From positions 170,996,001 through 171,060,000 of the forward strand of contig JBITNC010000001.1 of the NCBI GenBank assembly GCA_050084985.1: a stretch of 64,000 nt of DNA, given 5' to 3'. Below, piece after piece: positions 40,726 through 52,817 of the stretch. This DNA is from Nageia nagi (lineage: Eukaryota > Plantae > Pinophyta). Position 1 is the first letter of the stretch. Every line of letters starts with the position of its first letter. Below the pieces are notes generated by a model that saw only the letters and a list, made by a program, of their open reading frames with translations, made no database searches and was not told the DNA's origin. Both the position numbers and the translations under genes were made by a program.

Positions 40726-41214
40726 GTCCTATATATGATTATGTTTGGCTATAAATTACTCATTTTTTTTAATTTTTGAATTGGCCTTCAATATCCATAT
40801 TTTTGTGGTTTCATAAAACATGTCACCAAATTAAATACATATATTTTATTCCATTTAGCCAAAATTTCTACTAGGCAAGAGCCTATTTTACCATGAATTT
40901 ATAATTTCATTTAATGAGATTTCATTAAAATTTACCTTAATGCTTTTGGTATTTAACATAGGGTCCCATAAAATAATTGTGTCTACTATGTATATTCAAT
41001 TATTATGTTTTGGTTACATATATCTTCATATAGTAATATATGATCTAAGGATCGAAGTGGAAGAATACTTCCAAGCTACGTTGTCCTTAGTTACTTGAGA
41101 CCCCTAAGCACAATCATAATGATCCCAATTATGATGCTAACCATGGAATCTCAAAATATGGTCTAATGGAATTGACCATCATAGTTTATATATATATATA
41201 TATTAATGGGTAAA

Positions 41215-43572
41215 TTTTGTATTAATAAAAAAAGGTGAAGTTTATAAGGGTCTTCACCAACCTTTACAAAAAGATTAACTAGGATACAATTTTCTATGTG
41301 CTACATTCTCCTTTCTAGTACAATTTATCCACTTATTTAAAATGATTCTCCATGAATGCTAAGGCTAAGATATCATGGTAGTTCATCAGGCTTATCTTTT
41401 TAGGAACCTTTACAAAAAACTATTGTACTATCTAATGAAACTAAGAAGACTAACACTACAAACTAGTGAAAACATAGCAAATGACATAGAGTATACTATA
41501 TAAAGTTTCATAGAAAAGGTAGAGCATTTCTTCATAGCTAAAACTTGTAGAATGTGATGTAGGTCTTCTTGAGCAGTATCTCTTTGAGTCCTAGTTGCTT
41601 CCCAACCTCTTCATACTTCTTGCTTTTTGATCCTCTTTTGAGTTTGGCCTTTTTGAGCATTTCCTTGTGTAGTGAAGGACTCAACTTTCTTGAAACTTAC
41701 TGAATCTTCTTTACTTGATATTTTTAGGGGCTCTAGCTCTATTTCTATGGTTGGTTTACCTTTGGTTTGGTCATAAACTTATTCAAAAGAATCTTTCATT
41801 TTCTTCTTTTCCTTGTCCAATAAGGTATTTTGGTCCTTGTGCTTGAGAGACTTTCCAATCTTCCTTATCTTAAACTATAAAGGGGGACTTTGCTCTTCCA
41901 AGTTTACTACCTAAAATCCTAGGAAAGCTACTTCATTCTTCTCTAATGTTGCTTCTACTTGTAAAATGCTAATTATTGGAAAGGATAGATCTCTTAATCT
42001 CTTAAATCGCCTAATTGGGTCTTTGATGCTCTTCTTCTTGACTGGGTTATCCTTTAGAACCTCCTTTTTGCTATCTATCTAGGACTACTATGTTGTTTCT
42101 ACTAGATTTGAAAGACCATCAATTAGATTGCTGCATTCTCTTGGACCTCCCTCTCTATCTTTGATCCTCAAAGAGAAATTGCTTACCTTTGAGGCATAAA
42201 GGAGTGCTAATTGTTGTATGAAATATAATGGGCCCTCCAAAGGTTCCATAGGAAATGGGATGGTGAAAATCCTCCCCTTATCAAGAGATTTAATGCCCTC
42301 GACATCCTCTTGAATATGTATATGAACTTCTTGGGTCTTGTCAACAATTTCTTCTTCTAGCTCAACCTTTTTTCTGTTCCCTATCCTTACTATTAGCTCT
42401 TCACTTGATATTTCCTTCTTTAGGATAAGTTTTCTTTTTAGTCTACTACTCCTCCTTGGTTCCTTTTTTCCAAATATATTAGAGGTTGGTCTCTCCTCCA
42501 TACTTTTCAAATCTTTAACTTGAAATTTTAGATGACCCTTGCTCTTACACAAGATCTTTCTTCTTTTAGGGGTTCCACTCTTCATCTTTTTCTTAGTTTT
42601 AACATTGCTTATCCCTTCTTTCTTTTCCAATTTAGCCCCAGTTGTAGTGAGGGTGTCATCCACCTCAACAACCTCTTAGGATTCACTTTATGGTGAATCT
42701 TCACTATCAATTAAATGGATGGATTTTCTAGTGGAAGCATCCTTTTCCTTCCTTGTCTTCTCAATACTTTCTAAGCTTCTCTTGTGTTGCCTTGTTAGAT
42801 AGGGTCTTGTGTTAGGGGCATGTCTTAATTCATTAGTCTCTTGGCTATTGTCTCCTAGTGTTCTACCCTTATCTAAAATATTTCCTCCTAACTTCTTTCC
42901 CGATTCATAGACTCTACCTTCAATAATGACTCTTACCCTAGGGGCTTTTCTAGGAGCTATTACCAAAGCTTTTTCTACTACTAGTCTGATGATAGCTCCA
43001 TGAAAGAGTAGAGGAGCTTACTTTTTCTTAAATTTTTCAATCAAGATTGCTAATTAATTGAAGATAAAGAAAGGGAAGTTTACCTTATCCATATCTAGAA
43101 AGATGAAGTGGTTTAATAAGAAGTGAGATGTTGTAAGAACTTTGTATCTCCCTTATAATATCACATATTTGATCAAAACTAAGGCCACATAATCCCATGG
43201 ATTGGGAATAGATTCTTGCACCATTATCATCTTGTATTTCTCCAAATATTTGGATTTAATCACTTTGAGTAGGAATTTGTCTCTAGTTTCCAGTTTATTC
43301 AGTTTTCCCTCCCTTTTGATCTATAGGCCCTTATTTGGGAGCATGGTAGCTAGTGCTATCTTCTCGAGGTTGAACACAACCTCCCATTCATTGATCAAGC
43401 ACCTACCATTTTCCCATATTTTTGCTACTTCTAGTAAAATCTCATCGTCATATTCTCTTCATGCATTGATAAAATTCCCCAACCTACCCTCATAAATTAT
43501 GTTCCACACTAATGGGTTGCTCTTGGTATCATCTACAGAAGATGGCTCCACTCTAACTAGGTCATGCCCCAT
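41215..43572 (-). mobile_element. Decayed repeat-borne ORF (transposon-associated, K/E-rich tail) ending in a LINE-like 3' terminus
   Basis: ATG at 43572 gives MGHDLVRVEPSS...VWNII...EYDDEILLEVA..., later HFLLNHF...VNFPFFIF, continuing into ORFs 42688-42966 and 42088-42663. The 3' end reads ttttgtaaagg-ggtgaag/cttcacc hairpin-T7-taatacaaaa. No RT was found, so the class is tentative. Confidence 0.55.
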
Positions 43573-44239
43573 CACCACATCTTAGGAAACACTTTTGAAA
43601 TGATTATATTAAGATTAGGGACTCGATGTTTGAATTTGGTATCCAACCCCTCATCACCTTTGATAATTATGGTACCATGTGCCTCTCATCATTAGGAGAG
43701 CTTCTCATTCTTAATGTGAAATATTACCAAGGGTGGCTCATGGCATGGATCCTTGGTAGTCTAGCTTGGGGCCTTGAGATGAAACTCACATCATCATTGA
43801 AATTGGTGTGTTAAGGATCTAGCATATCTCATTGGGAAGCTTGCTTCACATGTAGGTCATCCAAAAAGGAAATGATATCAATCATCCTCCATAAATAGAT
43901 GGAAATACTTTTCCTATTAATTTGGGCCTTGTTAAGTAAATTCCACTATGTATGAATTGGGTGCCTAGTTACATATAGGCATGACCTTACATGGCAAATT
44001 AAACTAGGTTGCAAGAGTCAAAAGGTGAATCATTAGCCCACAAGCTTACTTCTTTTCAAGCGAACAAAATTTGGAATAATTCCCCTATGTCCCTCTCCCC
44101 ACCTCCACCCTATATATATACCATATTTTAGGAGCCCATGGCTAGCATCATAATCAGGCTCACTATGATTGAGATCAAGTGCCAAAATATGCATAAACCC
44201 TTAATTGGGTATGTGGATGTGTCAACATGGTTCTTTGTA

Positions 44240-45540
44240 AATAAAATGTTATGGTTTTGAATGCTTGGATAGATATGTATGCAAAGTGTAGAATAATACT
44301 CAAATCCCATAGACATGTATGCAAAATAGGAGCTCCAGAAAAAGGTATGGACATCTATCAAAGAGTAGTTGAAAATGGGATTTCCTTGAATATTATGATT
44401 CTGATTACCCTAATATATATGTATGCAAAATATGAAATAATAAATAAGGTTTGAGAATTATTTCACAAGATACATGATGTTATATGAAATGATTTAAATA
44501 TAGTATGATATGATCCAAAAATTGGCTTGGAGATGGAAAGTAATAGTTCAAACTAGAAATTTTCTAAGTGTCAAAAACCAATCTAAAAGAGATAAGTTTT
44601 GCAAATAATATAACACCCAAGAATTTTTTAACAAAATGCAAGATGTAAGGTGCAACTAAAATGTTAATATATTTCAAGAAGGTCTTGTAGGCTATATTTT
44701 GTACTTGGTTAGAACCATTTTTTGTGAAAAATTAAAAAGGGCTCTTAGGAAAGAACAAAGCTATCATGAGAAGCCTTTATATGTGTTCTATTTGCATATA
44801 TAAACATGTGTATATGTTCTACTTGCATGCAACCATATAGGTCTAGTGGATGAGGGATGTAAATACTTTAATAGCATAAGTGAATCGTATTGCATTATTC
44901 CTAGGATGTATCATTCTTCTAATGTGTGCCACCATGGGAGCTCTAGAAGAAGGTATAAACATCCATCAAAGAGTAGTTGAAAATGGATTTCCATCAAATG
45001 TTGTGGTTGTGAATGCATTGATAGGCATGTATGAAAAATGTGGAAGAATACATAATCCAACCTTTATATCTTATTGTGCTTCTTGTGGAGGTAAGATAAC
45101 ATAACATTTAAATTTTTGGATTGAATAGTTGTTATGTATTATAAGCTTATTTTTGCCAACTTATCACTTTTGGACTAGTTTTTGATACTTTATTAAAGTA
45201 TAATGTTTCATCATGTAGTCAATTTTGCACCAAGTAATTATATCTTCTTAAAAGTTTGTACAAGTCTTTCATTGTTGTGCATATCTTGCAATCATAGGAT
45301 TAATCATTATACATTCATTATTTTCCTTATTATTCATGTAGGATACCTTGAGGGAGCTTTGAACTTCATTACCAAAATACCCATAAACCATGAATTAGGT
45401 TTGTGCATGTATCTACTTAGTGCTTGTTAATTGAACATTGTGGTCCATGTAGGCTATCTTGAGGGAGATTTGAACTTCATTACCATAATACCCATAAGCC
45501 ATAAATTAGCTATGTGCATCTATCTACTTGGAACTTGAAA
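44240..45540 (+). pseudogene. Fragmented PLS-E class PPR pseudogene
   Basis: LNAWIDMYAKC; CKIGAPEKGMDIYQRVVENG...LIYMYAKY; VLLACNHIGLVDEGCKYFNSISESYCIIP; CATMGALEEGINIHQRVVENGFPSNVVVVNALIGMYEKCG; HYTFII...GYLEGALNFITKIPI...MYLLSAC (duplicated at ~45335 and ~45446). Confidence 0.9.
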
Positions 45541-45639
45541 AATGTATGTTATGTTTTGAGAAGGCTATAAGACAAAATCCATCACTTTAAATCTTCAAAT
45601 CACTCTTCATCCCCAAACAAACTCTGAGAAATGAGTAAA

Positions 45640-48550
45640 AGGAAGCAAACATGGAGGAACTACTATAATAATACATGGATAAGTCCTATTCCTTTAGAGT
45701 AATTGTATCCTTTCACACATATTGGGAGACACATAAATGGAAGAATTGGAAATCCTAGAAACCTTCATATGACAAAAAATTTAAAATGCCTTTACCTATT
45801 TTTGATGGAAGTGATAAAATTATTGTGAGAGCATGGTTGTAGAAGTTACATAGTTATTTCTCCCTTCACATAATGGAAAAATAAGGAGTCAAAATGACCT
45901 CAATGTGTCTTGACATAATCACTTATGAATGGTGGCATAATGATATTTCTACACTAGGCTATGGAAAGGTCAATACCTTTGAGGAATTCAGTAGAAGAGT
46001 CTTAGATATGTTTTAACATATACATATAAAGGAATATTTCAAGAAACTAACTATGCTTTAACACACATCCATAATTGATGCATACATTGAAGAGTTCCTA
46101 ATAATTGCAGTGTCTGTACAAAATGTAAAGGATGTAAGACTCACATATCTCTTCATAGATGATTTATAAGAGTGTATCAGGTCATTAATTAAGGCCATGG
46201 AACCATCAAACTTATCAATTACCATTCATAAATTCAAGTTACTAAAGGGATTTAGTTATCTAAGAGGAATGGTCACTAAGCATCCCCCAATAGGAGTCTC
46301 AACTATGATAACAAGTAAAGAACCCATGAGAGAAAGGCCTCCATTGTAAACCTAAAAACTCACAAATAGGTTAGATTATGCAATACATTAGGAGATAGGA
46401 AAATAGATACTCTAGTACACATGTCTTAATCCTTGGGAAAAAGGATATCAATGTAATGGAAAGAATCAAAATATGTACCTCAAAGTCTGTGAGGTAAAGG
46501 AGGATTTTGATGATGAGATGAACACTTACCAACATGAATTGGGAATTAGAGATATTTGATATGCACTAGCTACATTGAAAGGATATTTTAAATTTGTAAT
46601 TGTCAAGGTAGAAGAGATCATGAATAAGAATAGAGTTATGGTACTCATTGATGGAGGAGCCACCCATAACTTCATAGATGAAGAATTCATAAGAAAGAAG
46701 AGGTTCAAGACTCAATAATTATCAAATTTTTAACTAGCAATTAGGAACAATATCATAACAATAAGCCATAAAATGGTAGAGAATATCAAGGTTAAGTTAG
46801 GGGACTATGCAGTCATTAGTGACTTCTACATCCTTCCCCTTGAAGGACTCCATACATAGTATTTTGGAGTCCAATGGTTATTTACACTTGGAGAAGTTGT
46901 TTCTAACTATAAAATATTGAAAATGAGGTTCAAAATACAAGGGCAAGAAGTGATACTACGTGGCATAAGAGACTAGGATGAGCATGATGCATGATTCCAA
47001 AGGATAGAAGCTACTATGAAGAAGAAGCTAGAGCACATTGATCCTAAAAGTGACTTAGAAGATAGGGAGGATAAAAAAGACTCTATTGTAGCTATGGATG
47101 TTTTGAATTATTTTGAGACAAGTAATTTAGGAAGGATGAATTTGTCATATCCCCAATTTTATGGTATTTTTTCTATTCCACCTTTGATAAATGGGAATAT
47201 TAGTTTAGAAGTGGTTTTATCTATTTTAGTAGTTTTTGGCCAATCATTATAAGTTCCACTTAGAGGCTTAGTTAATTACCCTAATTATGGAATGTTGGAC
47301 CTTTATTTAGTTCATTATGTATAGTTGATTGCCTTAATATTCTAATAATAATGCATTAATGATACCAAGGTAATTATATTTGTAAATGCAATATCAATCT
47401 CTAATAATGAGCCATTGCATATTTCTAGCCTTGATGAATGTAATGTTAGTATTAGATGGTCCTCTTATCATTAGTGCTCCCCTCTTCAAGGTAGAGAATC
47501 CCCCTATGTGATTACATAGACTACGAGGTATCATAAAAGATTTTAAGACCTAGATGTGGTATTCCAAGAGGGATATTTAGCATCCCAAGGTATCACACAG
47601 CTCCCACCCTTGAGTGCTAGTTAGATTTGACATTTTAGATCCTACATTAGACATCTAGAGGAGACTAAACCCCCACACTAGAAATTTTGATACTCCTAGG
47701 TCTTGTGTCATCTTCTTGGAGGAATCCCCATGCATGGTGTTGACATTAAGGCATACTTAAGTCTCCTTCATCCCCACGTTGCATTCCTAGGTCCTTGTAT
47801 GTGATTTTATTTATCCCAAGACTCTCCAATAATGATGTTGATAGATGGAAAACATGGATTACTCTTCACCATTGTTAGATAATCTCAATGTAAGATAAAA
47901 ATATGGACTACCTCTCCTATATAAGGAGAACCATTGGATTACAAAATATATGCTAAATTTATGATTAAACCCCCTTTTATCAGACTAAGTGTGATAACTC
48001 TTTCTTTATCACATATGGAGTAATTTGCATTTGAGATCTTGAGCTGATTGAAGGCTACCTTCAAGCTTACTTCAATCATTTAGGAGAGGAATGTTGGTTA
48101 TTCCATCACATAGAAGTAAGGAAGCCCTAGGCTTGGCCTTGTTGCTACTAGGATTGGTGAGGCCCTAGAGCCATCCATAAAAATCCTATTAGAGGTAACC
48201 CTAGTGTAAGCTTGTTAGGATACAAAAAATATATATTATAATTATGGTTATCCATTATTATCTCAATATAATTATATTTTATGTCTATAATTTGTTATTT
48301 ATCTATCTCTTCTTGGACATTGACTCTAGAAATGTTATTTTGTAATAAAATATCCATTTTTCTTTCTTATGTGTTGCATTGAGTATTTGAAGGTATTTAT
48401 GGTTTGAACTTGCATTTTTATTATTTATTATTAGATGTTGGAGTATATATGCAATTTTGAGTTGAATTGATCAAATACAGAGCTAAAAGGTAAATATCCC
48501 TCTCTTAGGGCATGTTTTAGCATGATCCACTAATTTGGGATCATCATAGT
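45640..48550 (+). mobile_element. Gypsy gag-protease-only element with PPT and 3' LTR starting at 47143
   Basis: Gag MPLPIFDGSDK...RAWL*KL..YF...YEWWH; protease VMVLIDGGATHNFIDEE (~46635-46685) and ILGVQWLFTLG; then ttttgagacaagtaatttaggaagg (PPT-like) and TGTCATATCCCC at 47143. The LTR end is uncertain. Confidence 0.75.
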
Positions 48551-51500
48551 GTCCCATAATACTCAGTCTTAGAGGGAAAATTTTATTATGTATGTATCTA
48601 CTGCATTATGAAGGTATCAACTTCTATAGTCCACCATTGTTGGTATTTCTTCACTTTTATTAAGTTATCTTTAGTTCACTTGATCTTAGGGATGGTGGTT
48701 TGATAAGTTAACTCAATTTGTCTAATAAACTAGTTACAAAATAATTATAAGAATTTACATCATAATATTTTGTAACTATTATCACCAAAAATTGTATCTT
48801 TAAATTTGGATTTAGTTAATCTGATTCTTTGAATCAAAAATCATACTTATACTGATCTCTTAGATGGATTCAAAGGTACTTGATTATGGTTCTAGTTTAA
48901 CATCAATGTATCTCTTACTTCCTTATCTTTAAGTGTCCCAATAATAAAACTATTGATCAATTGATTTAGAAAAAGAGAGTTTTGATCATGGGGGTTCTTA
49001 CCTACAAACAATAATACAAGAAACTCATGGAATGTAAAAGGAAGAAAATAAAAATGATCATTACTCATATTTATAATGTAATGGGGGTATGATTTGTATT
49101 AATAATAATAGTCTATAAGCTTGATGACTTGTATAATTAATTATCAACTTCTATACCAAGTTCCCTATAGTATTCTTCATCTTTCATCTTCACTACTTAC
49201 TCTGTCTATATATATCTCTCATAAATATTTCTATATTCCATTATTATCTCTTAAAAATTCCTTTTCATCCAGTAGGGATAATGATTCATCTCCAAAGGTG
49301 ATGACTCTTCTTAATTATAGTTTATCTACCTGATTAGTTAATAACTCAAATAATGTCACAAGTTGTTAGTCACCATAGTCCAAAGTATTTCTCTAATCAT
49401 CATCCACCTTAATCTATGTTATATCTTTTTTAATGATCTCCTGCTAGTAGTGTCTAGTGTTTGGAATCACATATTTTCCATGCTCATCCATATCTTCAAT
49501 TCTTCCTTCATATTTTTCTTCATCCCTCCCCATGCTCCTAAAATTCTCTTTTGTTGGTGCCCTACTAAATACACATAAAATTTACTTGATACTTTACATC
49601 CTCTCTCATCCAATATTACTCCTTCTCTCTATAACCTCATGTTGTTACTTCGCCTCACCTACTCTTATGCTAATAGTTACAAATCTACCTTATGCCTACA
49701 TGCAACTCTCACTCTAATCCTTTCCCTAAATCATATCATTCCTCTCTTGTTCATACTCATGATTATGATTACGACCTCAATCATAACCTTCATATAATGA
49801 ATCTAATCACACCATATGAAGTCTCCAATGCTTAAATATTCTAGTTGGCCTCCCCACATCTTCATGCCCACAACCTCAATCTTGGCCATAGCTCAGGCCT
49901 ATGCAAAAGGCACCTTTAGTCTATGTTCAAACCCTTACATTCCCTAACTCTTTTCTTGATTATCTAAATTATGAAGGGACTTCTTAGCTCAGACCTTGAA
50001 TTTTTATTAGAGACAAAGTGACAATTAAACATTTTAGGAACTCTTCTAAGATTCTCTCAGGTGGTTGAGATGGTTTTTTAAATTCCTCTTTTAATAAGAG
50101 GATTAATTATGTGTAATCTTAGGTACATCATGATAAATACTATTTATAATTTTTTAATAGTCATTATTCTTGAAATTAGATTTTGTAAAGAAGTGGAAGA
50201 AAAATAATTAAGTTTATTATGAAATTGAGTATAATTCTTATGGTTTTCTCTTGTTATAAGCATTATGATAAAATTCAAAAAAGAATCTTGTTTCACTAGG
50301 TATGATATGTACACATATTAACTTTTAAAAAATTATATAAAATACTTCTTGAGTATTAAAATAAGTTGACCTATCTAATAATTGGACACATATTCTTCAA
50401 AATTATTGTGATGAATTTTCTTATATATTTCTTAGTTCTTTTTCTTATTACATTTAAATCAATAATGTCGTCTATCACTAGTATTGATCTTAAAGTTTCG
50501 TATAACATTTTTCACTAGAATTTAAAAATTATGAATATAATTAGGAGGTAGTTTGAAAAATATTCAAGGATAAAATTAGTAATTTTATAAGGAAAGAGTT
50601 TAGCTTGTAATATTTTATCATGAATAAAGTTATGCATGATATTTGAAAGGCACAAATGTGGAGATTAATATATTCCTTTCCCTTTATATTTTGGAAAAAG
50701 AGTAAAAATAAGGCCATATAAAAGAGGATGATGCAAAGTCTAAGGATATACTACATCACTAATTAAGCTAGAGAAGTCAAAAATTATCACTTTTGTAAGT
50801 GTAAATAATATGTATAAGTTCTTTCAATCATCTAATTTCATCTTGGTTTTGTGAAATTGAATAGCTAAGATTTAAGATAACATACTATGAGTTTACATAA
50901 TGGAATCATTATAGTGATTTAATAAATATTGTAACATTTTGGATAGGGATTGAGATGTTAGTTTAGGTTGAGAAATCGTTGCAATAGTTTGCTAAATCAT
51001 TATAATAATTACTAAGAAGGTGGAATAGGTGGATGAATATGACAGAGGAGGATAGATAAGGGTTGGTTGGGATGTGTTGAGTTGAGATCCATTAAGCAAT
51101 TTTTTATTTTTTTTATGTAGAGATATTAGTATTCTGTAGGATTTTCTAAACTATCTAGGTTTTGAATTTTTAAATTTATTTTTAATCATTATATTCTAAT
51201 CAAAATTTTATGTTAAGATTGTTAAAACTTAATTGAGAGAAAATATTTCAAGGATAATTAGCTTAGAAAAAGAGTTATGTTGTTGACAGGAAACATCTAT
51301 GATTATAAAACATAAAACTTCTCTATATTTTATATCTTAATTTTCTAATGAAGACATTTCTAAAACTTAAAAAAGTTAAACATGTTGAATTTGTCAAAAT
51401 GTATAATATGAAAAAGGACTATCAACATACCTAGTTAATTAACACAATATATCATGGTAATGTAAAGATAAGAAAAACATATGGGAAGTAATGATCAATA

Positions 51501-52817
51501 ATAAAAGAGATGGTTTGTTTATGCTCAAAAGATTTTAATCTTACATCATGAAGATCAAATGTGAAACTTACCTCTTGTTCAATTTAGAATTTTATTATAA
51601 TTTTATCTTTCTAAATGTAATCCTTAACAAATGATTAGATCTTGAGTTCTTTATCTAAATAATTGAAATGAAAAATATTAAAAATAAAATACATATATAA
51701 AAAATGAATTAATGCGAAGAAAGAGCTTACTCTAAAACTAATTTCTCTTAAGAAAAATTTCTAGTGTGATATCACGTTGAGTGAAACCATCAACAAAATT
51801 AAAATAATTATAATAGATTTTTTTTTTAGTGTGATCTAACGTTGAGTGAAACTATCAACAAAATTACAATCTGATTAACATTATTGTGGTTCTCAAGAAC
51901 ATAGTGATGGTTTTGCAAAGATATGATGATCAACAATGACTTCTATCTGGAACATCAACTTTATAGTAGACAAGTAAAGTTCAACTTTAGACTAGAAACC
52001 TAAAGTTAACGAAGTGTTCAGTTTTTTCAGGGTCCCCGTATGTCAAAAGTTGTAATTATTAGTGGCCTCATCATTGCACAACTAACATTCCATTAGCACA
52101 AGCAAAGATTATACGACAAAGAAGTTCACATAGGAAATACAAGGAGCAGTTGAAGAAACAAACATCGCGCTTTGCTGTTATATATGTTTGTGCGCCTTGG
52201 TTTTACCCATTGTTTCTACTTTGTAATGAAGATGATCATTGTATGGTTTAGAGCCATTGGAAATGCGCCATTGTGTCTTTCAACCCGGCAATTATAAGAT
52301 TTCTACAACTTGGAATGGTAGAAGAAGCAACAGCTACAGCTCGGTGGGGACTAGGGTGGGCAGGATTTCTGAAAAACATGGAACAGATATGTAGCCTTAT
52401 CAGAACGAAACGAAAAACCATACCTTGACCAATGACCATGCATTTCGCAAGACTTTGATCCTACGTTAGCTTAAAAAAGTCAACAAAATTAAAGAGTTTT
52501 TTGTCGGAAGCAACCTCAAATTTTGGTGCACAAAGAATGTCTGTTGTTGCTTTGAAGCTTTTCATGTATGTGGGAATTCCTATGTATAGCTTTCCTAATT
52601 TTAGATATCTACATTCAAAGAACTCGCTTCAACAACTCTTTTATTTACGAAGGCAATGGGACGCATTCTTGAAATTCTCCGTAAACGCAATATTCTTACA
52701 ACAAGAAGACAAAGTAAACTGATCGGTGTTAAAATTGCCGTTGTTTGACGATATCTCGGGAAACAGACAAAAATAAAAGAAACAAGAAAACGGGTCGCCA
52801 AAGAAATGAGCATTTGT

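Noticed and set aside
41226-41258. Rho-independent terminator (hairpin plus T-run on the minus strand)
   Set aside because: The context is plant nuclear DNA, and it is better explained as a retroelement 3' stem-loop.
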